Source: Chrysomallon squamiferum (taxonomy: Eukaryota; Animalia; Mollusca). From it: DNA of 64,000 bases. The notes below the pieces were generated by a model. That model searched no databases, was not told where the DNA came from, and worked only from the letters and a program-made list of their open reading frames with translations. The stretch lies in assembly GCA_012295275.1 (NCBI GenBank), contig CM022673.1, forward strand, positions 20,460,001-20,524,000. Direction: 5' to 3'. How positions within the stretch are numbered: position 1 is the first letter of the stretch; the number at the start of each line of letters is the position of its first letter. The translations under genes and the position numbers were made by a program. Of the stretch, positions 50,159-63,627 are shown piece by piece.

Positions 50159-53100
50159 TTATTTTCCATTGTTTTTTCTGGCACCCACTGAGGCTAAACA
50201 AAGCAAATTCAGAGCTGCTTCTTCTCGACTTTTTGTAGGTGTGCTTTGTTGTGAATTCAAGCAGTGAAATCCTCTATTTTCAGGCCTCTTCAGATTATTC
50301 TGCTGGTCATCTGAGGCATTTGTAACTTCAGCTTTTGCAGAGAGAAGGTTTATTTTATTTGTTTGAACAGTGTTACAGATTGATGAAGTCAACTTTTGAG
50401 GATTTACAGAAACATGACTTTCTAGTACTGCTACCGATGAAGACTTTGGATTTGATATTTTATTTTCACCAATAATACAAAGGGAAGATTTCAAATTAAA
50501 AGGCACAACTGTCTGTTTCTGAATGGCAGGAACATGATGATGATCTTCAGAAATATTGGGTGCTTGTGGAATAACCTGCACAGAATCCAAAGTCTTACTA
50601 TCGCTTTCCAAATTAGGGGACTGTCCACTTTCAAAAATCCTTTCGGCATTTACAGTGGGAAGGTTTTTTATTTGGGGTTTTACCTCTGGTGAACCATCTC
50701 CAAATTTCTGAATATTTGGTAAAATTTTGTTTGAAGACACTGCATAGCTAGGACTGGGGAGCTGGTAACCTGTGGCAGATGAATAATTGGCAACATTTGT
50801 TGTTTTAGGAGATGGAACAGGATGAACAAAAGATGATGATGGAGCTCGCACTGTAAGGATCTGACTACCTACTTGAATTGTGGCTTGTGGCAAAACTTTA
50901 AGGATGCCTTGATGCACAGTGACTGGGACACCCTGGGCTGTCATCAGTTGGCCCCCAATGTTATATAACATAAGCTTTTGCTGTCTGGCTAATCCTGTAT
51001 CGATACTTCCTGTATTTGGCTGATTTGTTGCTGGAGACATTACTGTTATGTTTGAAATCGGAGAAGGCTGTTTTGAAGTAATTTCTGTTTTGCTTCCCAA
51101 AAGATTTGCTGAACCTTGACTGATTAGTGCTGCAGATGTCGAGGTTTCTATTTGTTTCTTAGTAAGATTACATTCAGTTTCACCAAATAATTTCAACGAT
51201 GGAATGCCAGTATTGCTCAGTGCTGGAACAGCTGCTAGAGTTTGGCCAATACTTGTCTGCATAGTTGTAACACTAACTTGACTTTTATCTGATTGTGAAA
51301 TATTCAAAGGTTTACTTGTCTGAAGAAGTGCACTTGCCAGTGTTGGATGGTTTGCTTTAGCATTAGGTGGTTTTGATAGTGGTTTTGCTTCCAATACTTC
51401 TTGTAGACATTGGTCAGATAGGGTAATTCCACTGGTAGAAGATAAGGCCTGTGGTTTAGATGTTGTTCCAGTTAAGACAGGTTGAAGAGAAGGAAACACA
51501 AATCTAACACCTGGAAGTGGTGCACTTGGAGACATACCAACAATACTTACAGGAGTTTGCTGACCTGAAGATGCTGTTTGCTGTAACACAGTACCTTGTG
51601 ATAGGTTATATATTACTTTTTGTCCTGAACTCTGAGGTACAGTTATTTTCCCTAAAGGCAGCTGAGTCAAATGACCTGCTACAAGTTGTGGGCTAAGGAC
51701 TAGTCTTGTTGGTTGGACAATCCCATCCTTTTGAGGAGTAATAACCTGACTTTTTGAAGCAGCTTCATTCTTAAAAGAAGTCTGCTGATCTGATGCCATT
51801 TGCACATTCTGGGCTGACAGTGAAACCTGTTTCTGTCTTGGTACTTGCTGAATCTGTTGTCCACTTTGAAATAACAGTTTATTCACTTTAATGTTTGCAG
51901 ACAAACTAGGTGCTGAAACCCTAACTGGAGATGTAATAATTTTACTTGGGATAACCATCTGAGGAGACACTTCTGTGGTGAAAAGCTGTTTAACTGCTGA
52001 ATTTAATACATTTTGTGTCTGAGGAGAAGATACTGGCAAAGTGGATACAACAACTGCACATTGTAAAAGATTTGGTTGAATGTTTTGCAATGGTAAAACT
52101 ATTTTCTTCTGTAGAGATCCAGCAGTTCCAGGCTGATTTACAATGACTGCTGGAATCATTGCTGGCTGCTCTGTTTTTCCTTGTTTCAACCCAGACATCT
52201 GCCCCTGTTTAACTGGACTAGGTGCCACCAAAATATTCGATATCTGACCTTGTTGACCAGCTATTATTTGCTTCATCAGTTCAGCTGCTGGGGTGCCTGT
52301 TTTTATTTTTGAATGCAGTCCAGATGTATTGTCATCAAGTTTTTGGTTTTGTACTGGATTAGCATTGGTCAAAGGAATCTTTCCACTGGGTGCAGTTACG
52401 GTGCTTGAACTTTGTGAAGCAACCTGAACTTGGTTTGTGGAAAGTATGTTTTTATTCATTTGAGACTGTGACTTTAATTTAAGGGCTGCAGATAGAGACT
52501 GCATAACTGCAGGTGAAGCCAGTGGAGAATGAATAGTTGAATATGTGGAAACCACCATTTCAGATTTTCTGTTTTGATTTATTGGTGGTGCTTGAGCTGC
52601 ATCAAGTTTCTGACCCATGGTTTGGGCAATTAGTCCTCTTGTAACAGCTTCTGATGATGAATAATTTTTTTGTTGTGTTGTTCCAAGTTGCACTGGTTTA
52701 GCAGTGGAAACTTTTGTTCCAGAAGCAACTGGCATCTGGCCTGCTGGGATAATGAGGCCCTGCGGGGTAAGATATCCTTGAACTACACCTTGTGATGTAA
52801 TTAGTGCTTGTGGAGTACCTTTCAAAACAACATTTTTCTGAGATGGATTAGCTCCAACTGCTCCTGGAACAAGAAAGGACATCTGAGTCCCTGCTGCTGC
52901 TTGTGTAGATAGGACATTTTGTCCAGCCATAGAACCAGTGACAACACTCCCTTCTGTTGCAGAAGGAATTAAAGATTCCAGTTTTGGGGTCACGGCAATA
53001 GGACTTTTCATGACCTGAACTGTTTTTGTGACATTTTTCCGAAGATTTATAGATGGCAGAGTGACTGGTGAGGGCACTTTGATGTTAACCGTAGGCAGAG

Positions 53101-56100
53101 TTGTACTCACTGATGTCACAACAGATTTTATTACAGTATCAATAACTGACTGTTTTACCATGCCAGAGACCAAAGAAGAATGTCCTGTATTTTGAATCTT
53201 GGGGACAGTTGTAGAATCATTACAGACATTTTGACTGTCACTAACACTGTCAGAAGACACACTCTGTTTTTCTGATGGCGAATTTTCTGATTTAGGTTTC
53301 CCTTGAGCAACACGTGTTTCAAGCAATTCTTTAACAGTAATATTGTTTGCATATCTTTGTTTGCTTGGGGAAAGCCCTGGGACATTTGTAGTAAGTACAC
53401 TCACACTGACTGAAGAAGAAGGTGATCCAATACTACTGGACAAAGGCACTTTGAAAGGAAATGTGGACGTAGGCGATGTAACTGTCTCATAATGTCCAGC
53501 TTCTTCTTCAGTTGTAATGGTTGAATTTTGATTATTTAAAGATAAACTGATCACAGTTTGACAAGACTGAGAAGGCAATGAACTACATTCCCTCAGTCCT
53601 GCTGACACTGCTTCTGAGGACTGTTGCAAAAATACTTGATGTGCAGCTTGCTTGACTGGAGCTGTCAACAAAATTGTTGTTGCACCACCAGCTGTTTGAA
53701 TTCTCATTGCTTTATTCTTTAACAACTGTTGTAAGACACCAGAAGGCAGAGTGCTAAGCTGCAATGTTTTCTGTGCTGATATTGCTGGTTTTGCCAATAT
53801 GTGAATAGGACTACCCAATGAATTTTGGGTGCCTCCAGGTTCTGTAGTTTGATAAATGGATGTTGTGGCAGTATTAGTTTTACCTTTAACTTGAATTTTT
53901 CGGAAGGTTACTGGTGGTACAGTTGTTGGTTTCCTCACTGATAAAAGGCTCTGAATAACAGGATGAGAAGTCTGTGTCACAGAGGTATTTGCTAAAACCT
54001 GGACTTTCTGTCCCCTAACTGAAGGAGATGCTGAAAGAGTGGAGGAGTTGACAGACACGTGTATCAGATGACTTGTTGAGGTTATATTAGATTCAAGAAT
54101 TTGTTCTGAATTTATCTGAGATGCATTTGATGACAAGACACTGCCAACAGGCAATGCATGCTTTTGCTTAGCCAAAATATTTGGTGCATTAGCAGTAGAT
54201 GATATTTCTTCAGACATTTTTACCACCTTCTTTCTTTTACAGAATGTATCTTCTGTGTTATTAGGAATCACTCTTCTTTTTCTCAGTCTTCCTCGAGAAC
54301 TTACATCAAATTCATAGTCTTCTGGGATTGAGGTTTCTGGTGTCTTTTGTGGTAAAGGAGGCTGCTTCTTTGGAGTTTTCTTTTCTTTTGTTTCTACCTC
54401 AGATGTGTCACTGCTGTCCTCCTGCTCACTGTCAGATGATCCTTCCTCTGACTTGTCCGAGTCCCAGTCCTTCAGGCTCTGCAATTGATGAACAACAGAC
54501 ATGAATCATAAACGTTAACAAGTATTTTTTTAATATTACATATACAAAGCACTGTGTTCATTTTTATATATATTTGCACTGAGTATATAATGTTATGTTT
54601 GATGTAATTCCTGATTACCTTTCTTTTTAAAATATGTTTATAATTTTTAATTATTTTGTTCAAAACATATATTTGTCAATCAAGGTCATAAGCTGAATCA
54701 TCTCTCCTCAGTCTTTCATGGAAAAAAAGAAAGATAATATTTAGAAATTAAAGAAATTAACTATGATTCAGTTCTCACCTCAGGTGGTTCTTCTTTGTAA
54801 TTTTCAAATTCCTTTCTCATTTTCACCCGAGCACGTCGTGTTGCCTGACTTAACTTGGTTTCCCATGGTTCCAGTTCGTTCAACAAAAATAGGAGGCGTT
54901 CATGAAGTTCAATAACACACTTTCTTCTTTGAGCTGGTTTCACAATCTTTGAAGCAAAGCAAAATGAAATATTTTTTGACAAATTTTGTAGGATTTATTT
55001 AAATATCTACAATTATAAAACAGATAACAATAAATATATTAGCTATATTCTGATTTAATATCTGAAATAATGACTTATATCAACTATCTAGCTTATAAGG
55101 CACATAATGAATGACTTATTAGAAATTTATGAATGTGATTTATAACTCAGTGATTTGACAGATATAAATCAGAGAACAAATAAAAACAAATATTTAAATA
55201 GAAAATAGAAAAGTCTACATTTTATATTAAAATCACCTTTCTTCCCCTTCTCACACTGATAGGCTCTGGTTCAGCAAATCTGGCACAAATTTCACGAAGC
55301 TGTTGTACATTTTCTACAATCAACTCAAAATCACCAACAGATGGAGTCTGTAACAAAAATTAATAACATTATTACCAAAAACAAAACAATCTGTTAAAGA
55401 ATGTTTTATCTAAATATTTTCATCTGTTAAATTTACTTAGACAAATGTCATTTTTGTCAGTTATTAGTACTGTTTTTGTGTGTATATATGTGTGGGAGGG
55501 TTCATATTTTTAAAATAAATTATTCTGTAATTATCATCTTCAACTGCAGTTATATCTGAACTGTTCTTTATCATCTTCTATCAGCTTAAGTGGGTACTCT
55601 TATCCCAAACAACTTTTTAAGCACCAAATATATTTTATACATTTTTCTTTTTTTGTAATTCTATTAAGGTTTTGATAAATGATAACATTATATTTAATTT
55701 ATGGCTAAATAAACATACTATTTCATCATGTTCATCTTCAGATTCTGCAGGTTTTGTTGTTTCAGTTTCACTATCTTTCTTGAACTTTTGCTCTGAATCT
55801 GAATTAGACCCTGTTACATTTTCCTTCTTGATTTTACAATGCTCTGCTTCATCATTCATTTCTTTAACACTGTCATTATTTATGTCATTATTTATCTCAT
55901 CATTTCTATCTTTTGCTCCTTTCAATTCAGTATGTACATTTTCTTTTTGTTCAGAATCACTTATCTTCTTCACATCACTCTCTACACTGCCATTTTGTTT
56001 CACAGTACACTCCTCCTTATTAAGGTCACACTCCTGTTTTATGTCATTCACACACATCACTGACTCTTCTTCTAATTTTATATCACAGACTTCACATTCA

Positions 56101-59100
56101 CCATTTTCAGCAAACACTGCTGGTTTTGAAAAAGGTTTGTTATTTCCATTCAGTAGAGATTTGTCTGTTTTATCTTTTTCTTGGTCTGCTTGTGCTTGTG
56201 AGTTGGGAGTATGGCAAACACTAGTTTTAATTAACTTGTGTATTTTTCTGTTCTGTTCCCTTTCCAAAATAAAATTACTTTCAAACAAAGCTGAGGATTT
56301 TTGTGTTTCTTTGTTTATATCATATAACTCAGATATTTTTCTTTTACGTTTCATGTTTTTGTTGGTCTGAAAACATAATTTTTTATCACAATTGTTTCCT
56401 TTTCTCACACCAATGTTTCCCATATCACCTACATCTGAATTATCTGAATAATCCATTTTCTCACATTCAGTCTTTTCACTAGCATTCGTACAATTATTAT
56501 GGTCTTCAGAAGTTATTTTTTTTCATCAGAAATTTTATCCTTCATATTTGACACAGACTTAGCATTGTTCACCCGAGAAATATTTCTTGCACTGTCAATG
56601 TTTAAGGCACGCAGGTTATTGCAAGCTTTCTCATTATCATCTGACTGGCTAGTTCCTTGTTTGATTCCATTTGTCACATTGCTTTCTGACATGTCAGCGT
56701 CCCAATTTTCTATTTGAGTATTCTCCATGACACTGTGTTTTTCATTTAAGCATGTTGTGTCAAACTGTTTCTGCAGTTTCCGTGCCAGACCAGTTTTAGA
56801 TTCTGATTGTTTAGGACCCAGTATGGACCAACTGCTTGACAGAGATGAACTATCTGAATCAGGATCGTTCACTTCTGGTGTAGCTGTCAGAGAACGTGAT
56901 GGTGGTGCTGAACTCAATTCACTGTTGTCTTCTGTTTCCTCTGTGTCAGTACACTCATCTTCCTGAAGTGATTTCTTTATTTTCTTCACCTGAATATTAT
57001 TTATATTATTTATTAACAGTTTTTATCCATCAATGGTATATCTGATCTATGTGGGTATAACAAGATTTACTTAGTACCATGTCAAAAATCACTAATGCTA
57101 CAAATATATATTGTTTAACTTTCTATTATTTTTGGCAGCATTTAATTCTTGAAGTAACCCTTAACTATTGAAATAATGTGTTGATATTTTTTTACCAGGT
57201 TTTTTTTTTGTTCATTTTTGTCATATAACTGATTCCATAAAACTGTTATTTAATATGTAATGTAAGTCAAAATACAGATATCTGTTTTATATATATATTT
57301 ATAGGCCAATGAAAAAATATTTTAAATACCTGACTTCCACGTTTTCTGCGCCCAAAACAGCCAGATGTTTTCTTCTTTTTCTTAATAGGTGGAGTATAAT
57401 CATCTTTAACAGAGTCCTGAAAATAAAATATCATAAAATAAAAATAAAATTATTTGATTAAGTTTGCATTATTTCAGGCTTTCTTATGAAAAAAAATGAA
57501 AAACCGAAGAAAAAAATCATGGAGAAACAAAGAAAAGAAAATATGCCAAACGTCTAATCAAAATGTTTTAACAATATTCATAGCTCTGTAGGCTAAATAC
57601 AGGCTTTCCTGTCTTATAAATACCACTGGTTGCTAACTTATGAACAGCCCATGATTACTTTTGTTTTAATATTATAAATTTCAATATATTGAAAATAAAA
57701 ACTGCACAAAATTTATTAACATCCTTAACTGCCAGAAGAGCTAGTGTTATCAATAAATAAAATACCTTTGATTTTACTTCAACAATTTCTTCTTCACCTG
57801 TGTCTGGCTCAGGTAATGGTGCCTGTCGGTAAATGCGAACATCTGCTCCACAGAACTGAGGAAAGTGCAGATATGAGTTACCTTTTGCATCCCAACCAAG
57901 TATATATTCATGTTGGTCAGCAGGTGGCTGGAATTCAATAGCATCACGCAGTGACTCCTGCGATTCCTGTGAAGTCAATAAACATAACTTTAGTACAATA
58001 TATATATATCTTAAACTTGCTTTTCAGTAAGAGAGAATTAAAATGAAATTAAAATGCTAAAAGCTATTGATATTGCTTAATACTAGTTCATTTCAGATAT
58101 TTGCTACTGTACTGTGACATTATTTGACTAACCTGATTTTAATTATCTGAAAAATTTGCTGACTTCAGAAAAAAGTTTAAGTACAAATTAACAATCATTA
58201 AATTTGATTGAAAAAATCTTTTAAACTCTTTTGTTTTATACATTAATAATAATATTTACCAAGCAGTGATCACAGAGAGTCTTCATAATCCAAACTTTAC
58301 GATAAAAACTAAGTTCATGGAATTTCTTTTTCAAAAGAGGATTCTTCTTTCCTGAAACACACAAACAATAAACACATAAACAATATCTTATCAATAAATC
58401 TTTAATAATTAATGCATGTTAAAAGTGAAATCTTTCTCCTGTAACAAAATAAAAAATTATGTTTATTTTTGCAATATTTCTATGTGACTAAAGATTAATT
58501 TAAACTGCCAAACTGATAAAATTATACAAAATTCAGAATGGAGTTATCCACTTACCAGTGACCTCAAAGAAAAAAACATCAATTCCAAGTTTGCTTGCTG
58601 CCTGAAATCATATAAAAATGTTGTTTAGTTTTAAAAGAAGCATGTGAGTAACTGACAAATTAAAACATTTATGTATAATATTTACCAGTAAGCAAATAAC
58701 TTCAGGAATTCTGTCGTTTATCTATTTTCACATTGACTGAAAATTCAAGCATCTCTGTTTCAAACATATTGTTCTAGGAAATTTACTAAAGACGAAAGAT
58801 ATAAAAATTTTAACATAAATTTAATACTCACTGCATAGGCATCTCCCTTTGCATCATCCAGAGCTTTATACCAGATTGACACCCTCATGGTGAGTTTTTC
58901 ATTCCAAACAGAATATGGCATTAGGTTTTTCTTGTCAATTCTGAAAAAATAAAAATACAAGGTTATTTAATTAGTTTTGTTTCATAAATCAAAAGAAACA
59001 AAAGAAAGCTTTGTACCTAATTAGTACGTTATTTTATATTCTGTGACCAGTACAGTAGACAACAAGATTTTAATCATATTGATAAACAAGTGTACTTCAC

Positions 59101-61981
59101 TAAATACCTGTTTAGAACAGGATTGCTGGTACAAAAAAAAGAAGAAAATCTACTACAAAATATGTTTTCTCTGTGTATCTGTTAATGTGTCCATCTATGC
59201 AAGTGCATGCATGCTTGTGTATGTGGATGAATGTACATACATATGAAGAGGGACAAGTAAGTACATTAAACAGAAATGTTTTACTATTGCTTTGTTGCCC
59301 AACCCTGATGAGAAACCACTGTTAAAACTGTTTTGAATGTACTGAAATACAGATATTTATAAAAACTAGTATTCTCAAAAATAAAATAAAATTTAAATTA
59401 AAATTAACATTCAGCTCACTTTGTTCGCTGGAATGGTGTACTAAGGAGTGAAGTCATTGTCCATTGAAGAGTGGAGGATTGTTTGGCCATTGCAAAACAT
59501 CGCTCTAATTCAAACTGTGTCACCTCCATTAAATTCAGTGGAGCTTGACACAGAAATAGGAACAACCCAATTTGAGGAAGCTGAAAAGAAAGAAAAACAA
59601 AATGTGAGAAATGGAAGATAACTGACATACACAAGAATTACACATTCATGTCTGATAGAGAAATGTATAGTCCCAGAAAAGATGAAGAGTAAATTCAGAC
59701 AAAAAGAATAAACAAACAGTATGCAATATTATAGGCAAATTTTTAGTGTAAAAGTAATTGTTCTCAGTATGTGACCTATTCTGCATTTTCTGTTAATTCA
59801 GCTAACAGAAAAACTGATGTTCGTAAAATGGAAATTAATAATATATAAAAAAAAATAGAAAAATACATTGAACATACCTCCCACATAGCTTTCATATATG
59901 TACGGTATGGTTCAGCTAAAAGTTTATCTTCCCAGCCCTGCATATCATTCAGCCATGCCTCAGTTACTGCTTTCCTTTCTGCAATCATATTCTGTCGCAA
60001 TTCTCTGGCACGTCTAGCTTCTTCTTCTCGAAGCTGGTTCAGGAGATTCGATGAATCATGGGGGATAATGGGTTTAACTCCTCTTCTTCTCAGACCTACA
60101 TAAAAAAAATTAAAATAATATTGTTAACTACTGTTTAATTTTTCAAATAAGCTTTGCAATTAACATTAATATTCAAAAACAGTTTTAAAAGATGTATTTT
60201 TTTAATGGTTATTATTATTATATAAAATGTACTTCCTTGAAAAAATAGTATTCTATTTCACAAGCTAATGGAATATTTTTTAAAAATTCAACAGTAAAAA
60301 TTAGGATTAATTACTTTACCTTTGTTTGAACTGACATTTCCAGAACCACTTGTTGCTTCAATTGTTGTTTTCTCCCTTAATTCTCTGAAAATTAAAATAT
60401 ATATTTAATGTGAGAATTTACATAGTCAAAGTTTGTTAGCCCTTGAGAACTGGTTACAAGGTAACGAGATAAAAAAATTTAAAATTTGGGAGACCAACCT
60501 TGACAAAAGAGCTAGTTTTTGTTCCAACATTGTTTCCAAACGCTGAGCTCTTTTTGAGACATAATGATCTGGACCATTGTAGCGGAAACAATTCTCCAAC
60601 ATCAAGCGAAAGTCTGCAACAAATTCAGTGATTGTCTCATACTGGCGATTATCAAACTTCTCTTTCACTGAAAAAGAATTAAAACCAAGCTTGAATGCTA
60701 TCATATTTGTACACTTTGACCAAATATAAATATGATGGTAACTAAGAAAATATTAAACAGTATTAGTATCAATACATATACTGTTTTTACCATTTCAATG
60801 AAAGGTATTTTATTTTGTAAAATGAAGTATTTTTTTATCTCAAATTACACACAATGCATTTTACAGCTTTTCCAAACTTTAAATGGTAAAGATTCTACAG
60901 AAATAAAGATTAGATTTTGTAATTAAAGGCTGCTTGTTCTGACCTGATTTACAGACAAAAATAAATAAAAAATACCAGCTTAGTTTTTAATATATTTACA
61001 TGTCTGTATGAAGGAACAATTTGGAAGTTATGAAAAAAAAAAATAACAAAAATGTACTCTTAAACTATATATATATATATTTTGAAAAATAGCACACAAC
61101 ATGTGATATGAACCAGAACTTTTATTTTTATTACTATAGTTTCTTTTGTTTTCCTGTTATTCTTATATATATATATTGTGCCTGCTTATTCTGAAAATGT
61201 TATCAAGAAGTAATGTAATATGTTCTAAAAATATGTTTAATATAATTGCTTATGTCAAATTAATTAATGTGTGATTATAAGAATTTAAAATTTAATGTCA
61301 GCTGACTCAGTGAGAGTAATTACTAATTAATATGTAATAGAATGTTATCAAATTTTAGTTTAAAGAAAACAGTACAACATATTTGATTATCTACTGGAAC
61401 AGGACTGATATATGTATCTCTGAAATTGTGTTTAAAATTAGATGAACATAGCAGTTTTATTTACTATGTTCAAAAATAGTACTAAGTGGGGGTTTCCCAA
61501 ATTTGAAGGGAATTCCCTTCGAATTTAAGAACTATGATGTAACAAGTCAGTTTCTTAAAAAGTGGGAACTAGTAATCTCTTTTCACCATGGACATAAACA
61601 ATACTTACTTTTTCTTAACCACATGGGAGATTTAACACGTTCATAATAATCGGACAATTCGGGAACTGAAGAGTCAACTGCATCCATAAATGGCCAGTTA
61701 AAATGTTTATTCGTGTCCAACATTAGTTCGTACAAAATACGTTCTCCTTGTTGTAGCTCATAATTTAGAGGAGCTACTTCTTCCTCGATCTCACTCTCTT
61801 CGTCCTGTCCTGATGTAACCTCCGTGTCCTGTAAATGCTTTAAAGAATTAAGACTGTTAGGCTGCTCCATCTTAGGTGTCAAACTACCGTCCCATGTTGA
61901 GATCTTCTCCTGTTCTCGACACAAACTATTTATTTCGTTTTGGATGTCCACATTTGACACGTTATCACCTGTAACTTCCAT
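50159..61981 (-). CDS. BRD10: KIAA2026/BRD10-like bromodomain protein, 14 coding exons (one apparent 1-bp homopolymer deletion at 56516-56523)
   Basis: Exons (minus): 61981-61609, 60667-60499, 60384-60320, 60095-59878, 59580-59420, 58940-58832, 58601-58556, 58351-58260, 57966-57766, 57416-57330, 56989-55719, 55347-55237, 54946-54779, 54478-50159. N-terminal bromodomain (YELQQGERIL, NWPFMDAVD, FVADFRLMLENCFRYNGPDH, LEQKLALLSRELREKT), then WELPQIGLFLFLCQ, KVWIMKTLCD, ILGWDAKGNSYLHFPQFCGADVRIYRQ and a ~1400-aa S/T/Q/P-rich tail. Confidence 0.88.
61488..61526. promoter_or_regulatory. Two consensus NF-kB/Rel sites in BRD10 intron 1, the second embedded in a 28-bp palindrome
   Basis: GGGGGTTTCCC at 61488-61498 and GGGAATTCCC at 61508-61517, the latter within AAATTTGAAGGGAATTCCCTTCGAATTT. 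Confidence 0.45.
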
Positions 61982-62751
61982 CGTTAAGAATACAGCCGTG
62001 TATGACGTTATCCTCTTTCGAGAATCACTAATTTATAACAGTATGTATTGTTTATACCTAGCATATTAATGATAATTATGCATCATATCTCTGATATAAA
62101 CACAACAAGAAATAGATATATATTACATATATAATTGACAATATTTCCTGAAATCACCTATTAAACAAAAATAAAAAACTGGAATCAGTCACATTATCGC
62201 CATACTTTAGGAAAGTTATCATCAGATACTAGACACTTAATTAGACAAAGGTGCAGACCTGACACGTGTTTTTTCATTTTTTTCTAATTTTGTGTGACAT
62301 AAACATCTAACAAATTTTTTTTTTGGTATATCACACCTGCAAACACAACAGACACTCCACCTTGCATTCGGCGGACGAATATATCGCGACATTTGTAGCC
62401 ATACAAAAGCACATATAGTATGCTGAAATAAAATTAAGTTAAATAGTATTGATGAATACAAAACTTACTATATAAACAGAAAAACTGAACATATATTTTT
62501 TTGTTATTCTAGTGATTATTAAAATAAACCTTAAATTAGTGAACTTATTTTTTAAGGAACAGTAATATATGCAAAATAGCAATTCTCTGGCTGCCTCATT
62601 TTGATGTATATATTCTTTATCATAAAAACAAACTATTTTTATTGTTTAGTATCATTTTTGTTGTTTTCTTGATTGAAATCAAATAGTACAGCTGATGTTG
62701 ATTTAAAAAAATAACTGGAACAAATTATTATGAAATTGGCGAATTAAATCT

Positions 62752-62806
62752 ACTTCCGGTTTATAATGCAAAGTTTGAACTTCCTGACATCAAAGGTTAC
62801 TTCCTG
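62752..62806 (+). promoter_or_regulatory. ETS-motif cluster in the TMED promoter (divergent from BRD10)
   Basis: ACTTCCGGT at 62752-62760, and ACTTCCTG at ~62779 and ~62799, immediately upstream of the ATG. Confidence 0.55.
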
Positions 62807-62815
62807 TTGAAGAAA

Positions 62816-62980
62816 ATGGAGATACGTAGCTATTTGTTAGTTTGTTTGGGCATTTTGACAGCATTGTCTGATACATGTATCAGTGTTGAAACTGACTTGA
62901 CAGTAGAAGTTAACGCAGGATCTGAGCATTGCTTTTTCCAAAGCATAAAGAAGATAACATCTGTTGAAATTGAATATCAG
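62816..62980 (+). CDS. TMED5: p24-gamma / TMED5-TMED1-like protein, exon 1 (gene continues beyond the window)
   Basis: Signal peptide MEIRSYLLVCLGILTALS, then the GOLD-domain start DLTVEVNAGSEHCFFQ..VEIEYQ, ending at donor CAG|GTGAAT. TMED5 versus TMED1 cannot be resolved. Confidence 0.8.
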
Positions 62981-63584
62981 GTGAATTTCTTAAGCCAATA
63001 CCGTGAATACGATTTAATTTTATAGGTACGGTGAATACCGTGAATAAGAGAATAATGAATTTGTGAAATATGAATTATTCAAATAATGAAATATAATATA
63101 AATTATAATATTAAATATACTAAATAGATCAAATACATTTAGTATACGTGATCATCACGCAAGACAGTTATTTTTATAATTTTGGAAGTCGAGTTCTGCT
63201 TCTGAATTCCACGTCATGCTCACATACATGACACACTGTGACACTGTGACATGTCATATAGGCATAGAAACTCTGCTTCTACTACTAATACTAGGTGAAG
63301 TCGCCGTATATTTTGTGTATATTTTAGTTAGAAAGGATTGACACTGTTTAAAATGATTATATTAATTATTATTAAACTTGCCTTTCTTCAGTTTTATCAA
63401 TTAAACACGCCTAATCCTATTTCGTATTTATTTGTACACAATCGTGACAATGCCACATTTAGTCTTACTCAAGTTACTTAACATCAATTTTAGTAAAGAA
63501 AACAGACGTTTGGTGTTATAAATTATTTAATTAACTGGTTTATAATAGTTGCTTTGTCTACAATCATCCAGAGTTGATCAAACA

Positions 63585-63587
<3 letters not shown>

Positions 63588-63626
<39 letters not shown>
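63588..63626. repeat. Poly(T) run in TMED intron 1
   Basis: About 39 consecutive T. Confidence 0.95.

Positions 63627-63627
<1 letters not shown>

Noticed and set aside
55672-56370. 232-aa plus-strand ORF
   Set aside because: It is the antisense shadow of the Glu/Lys/Asn-rich BRD10 exon 11. Its Ser/Phe/Leu-rich composition is expected from the complement.
39937-61981. Synteny with the vertebrate KIAA2026-RIC1 neighbourhood
   Set aside because: The gene here is RIC3 (nAChR chaperone), which is unrelated to RIC1. The similarity is in name only.
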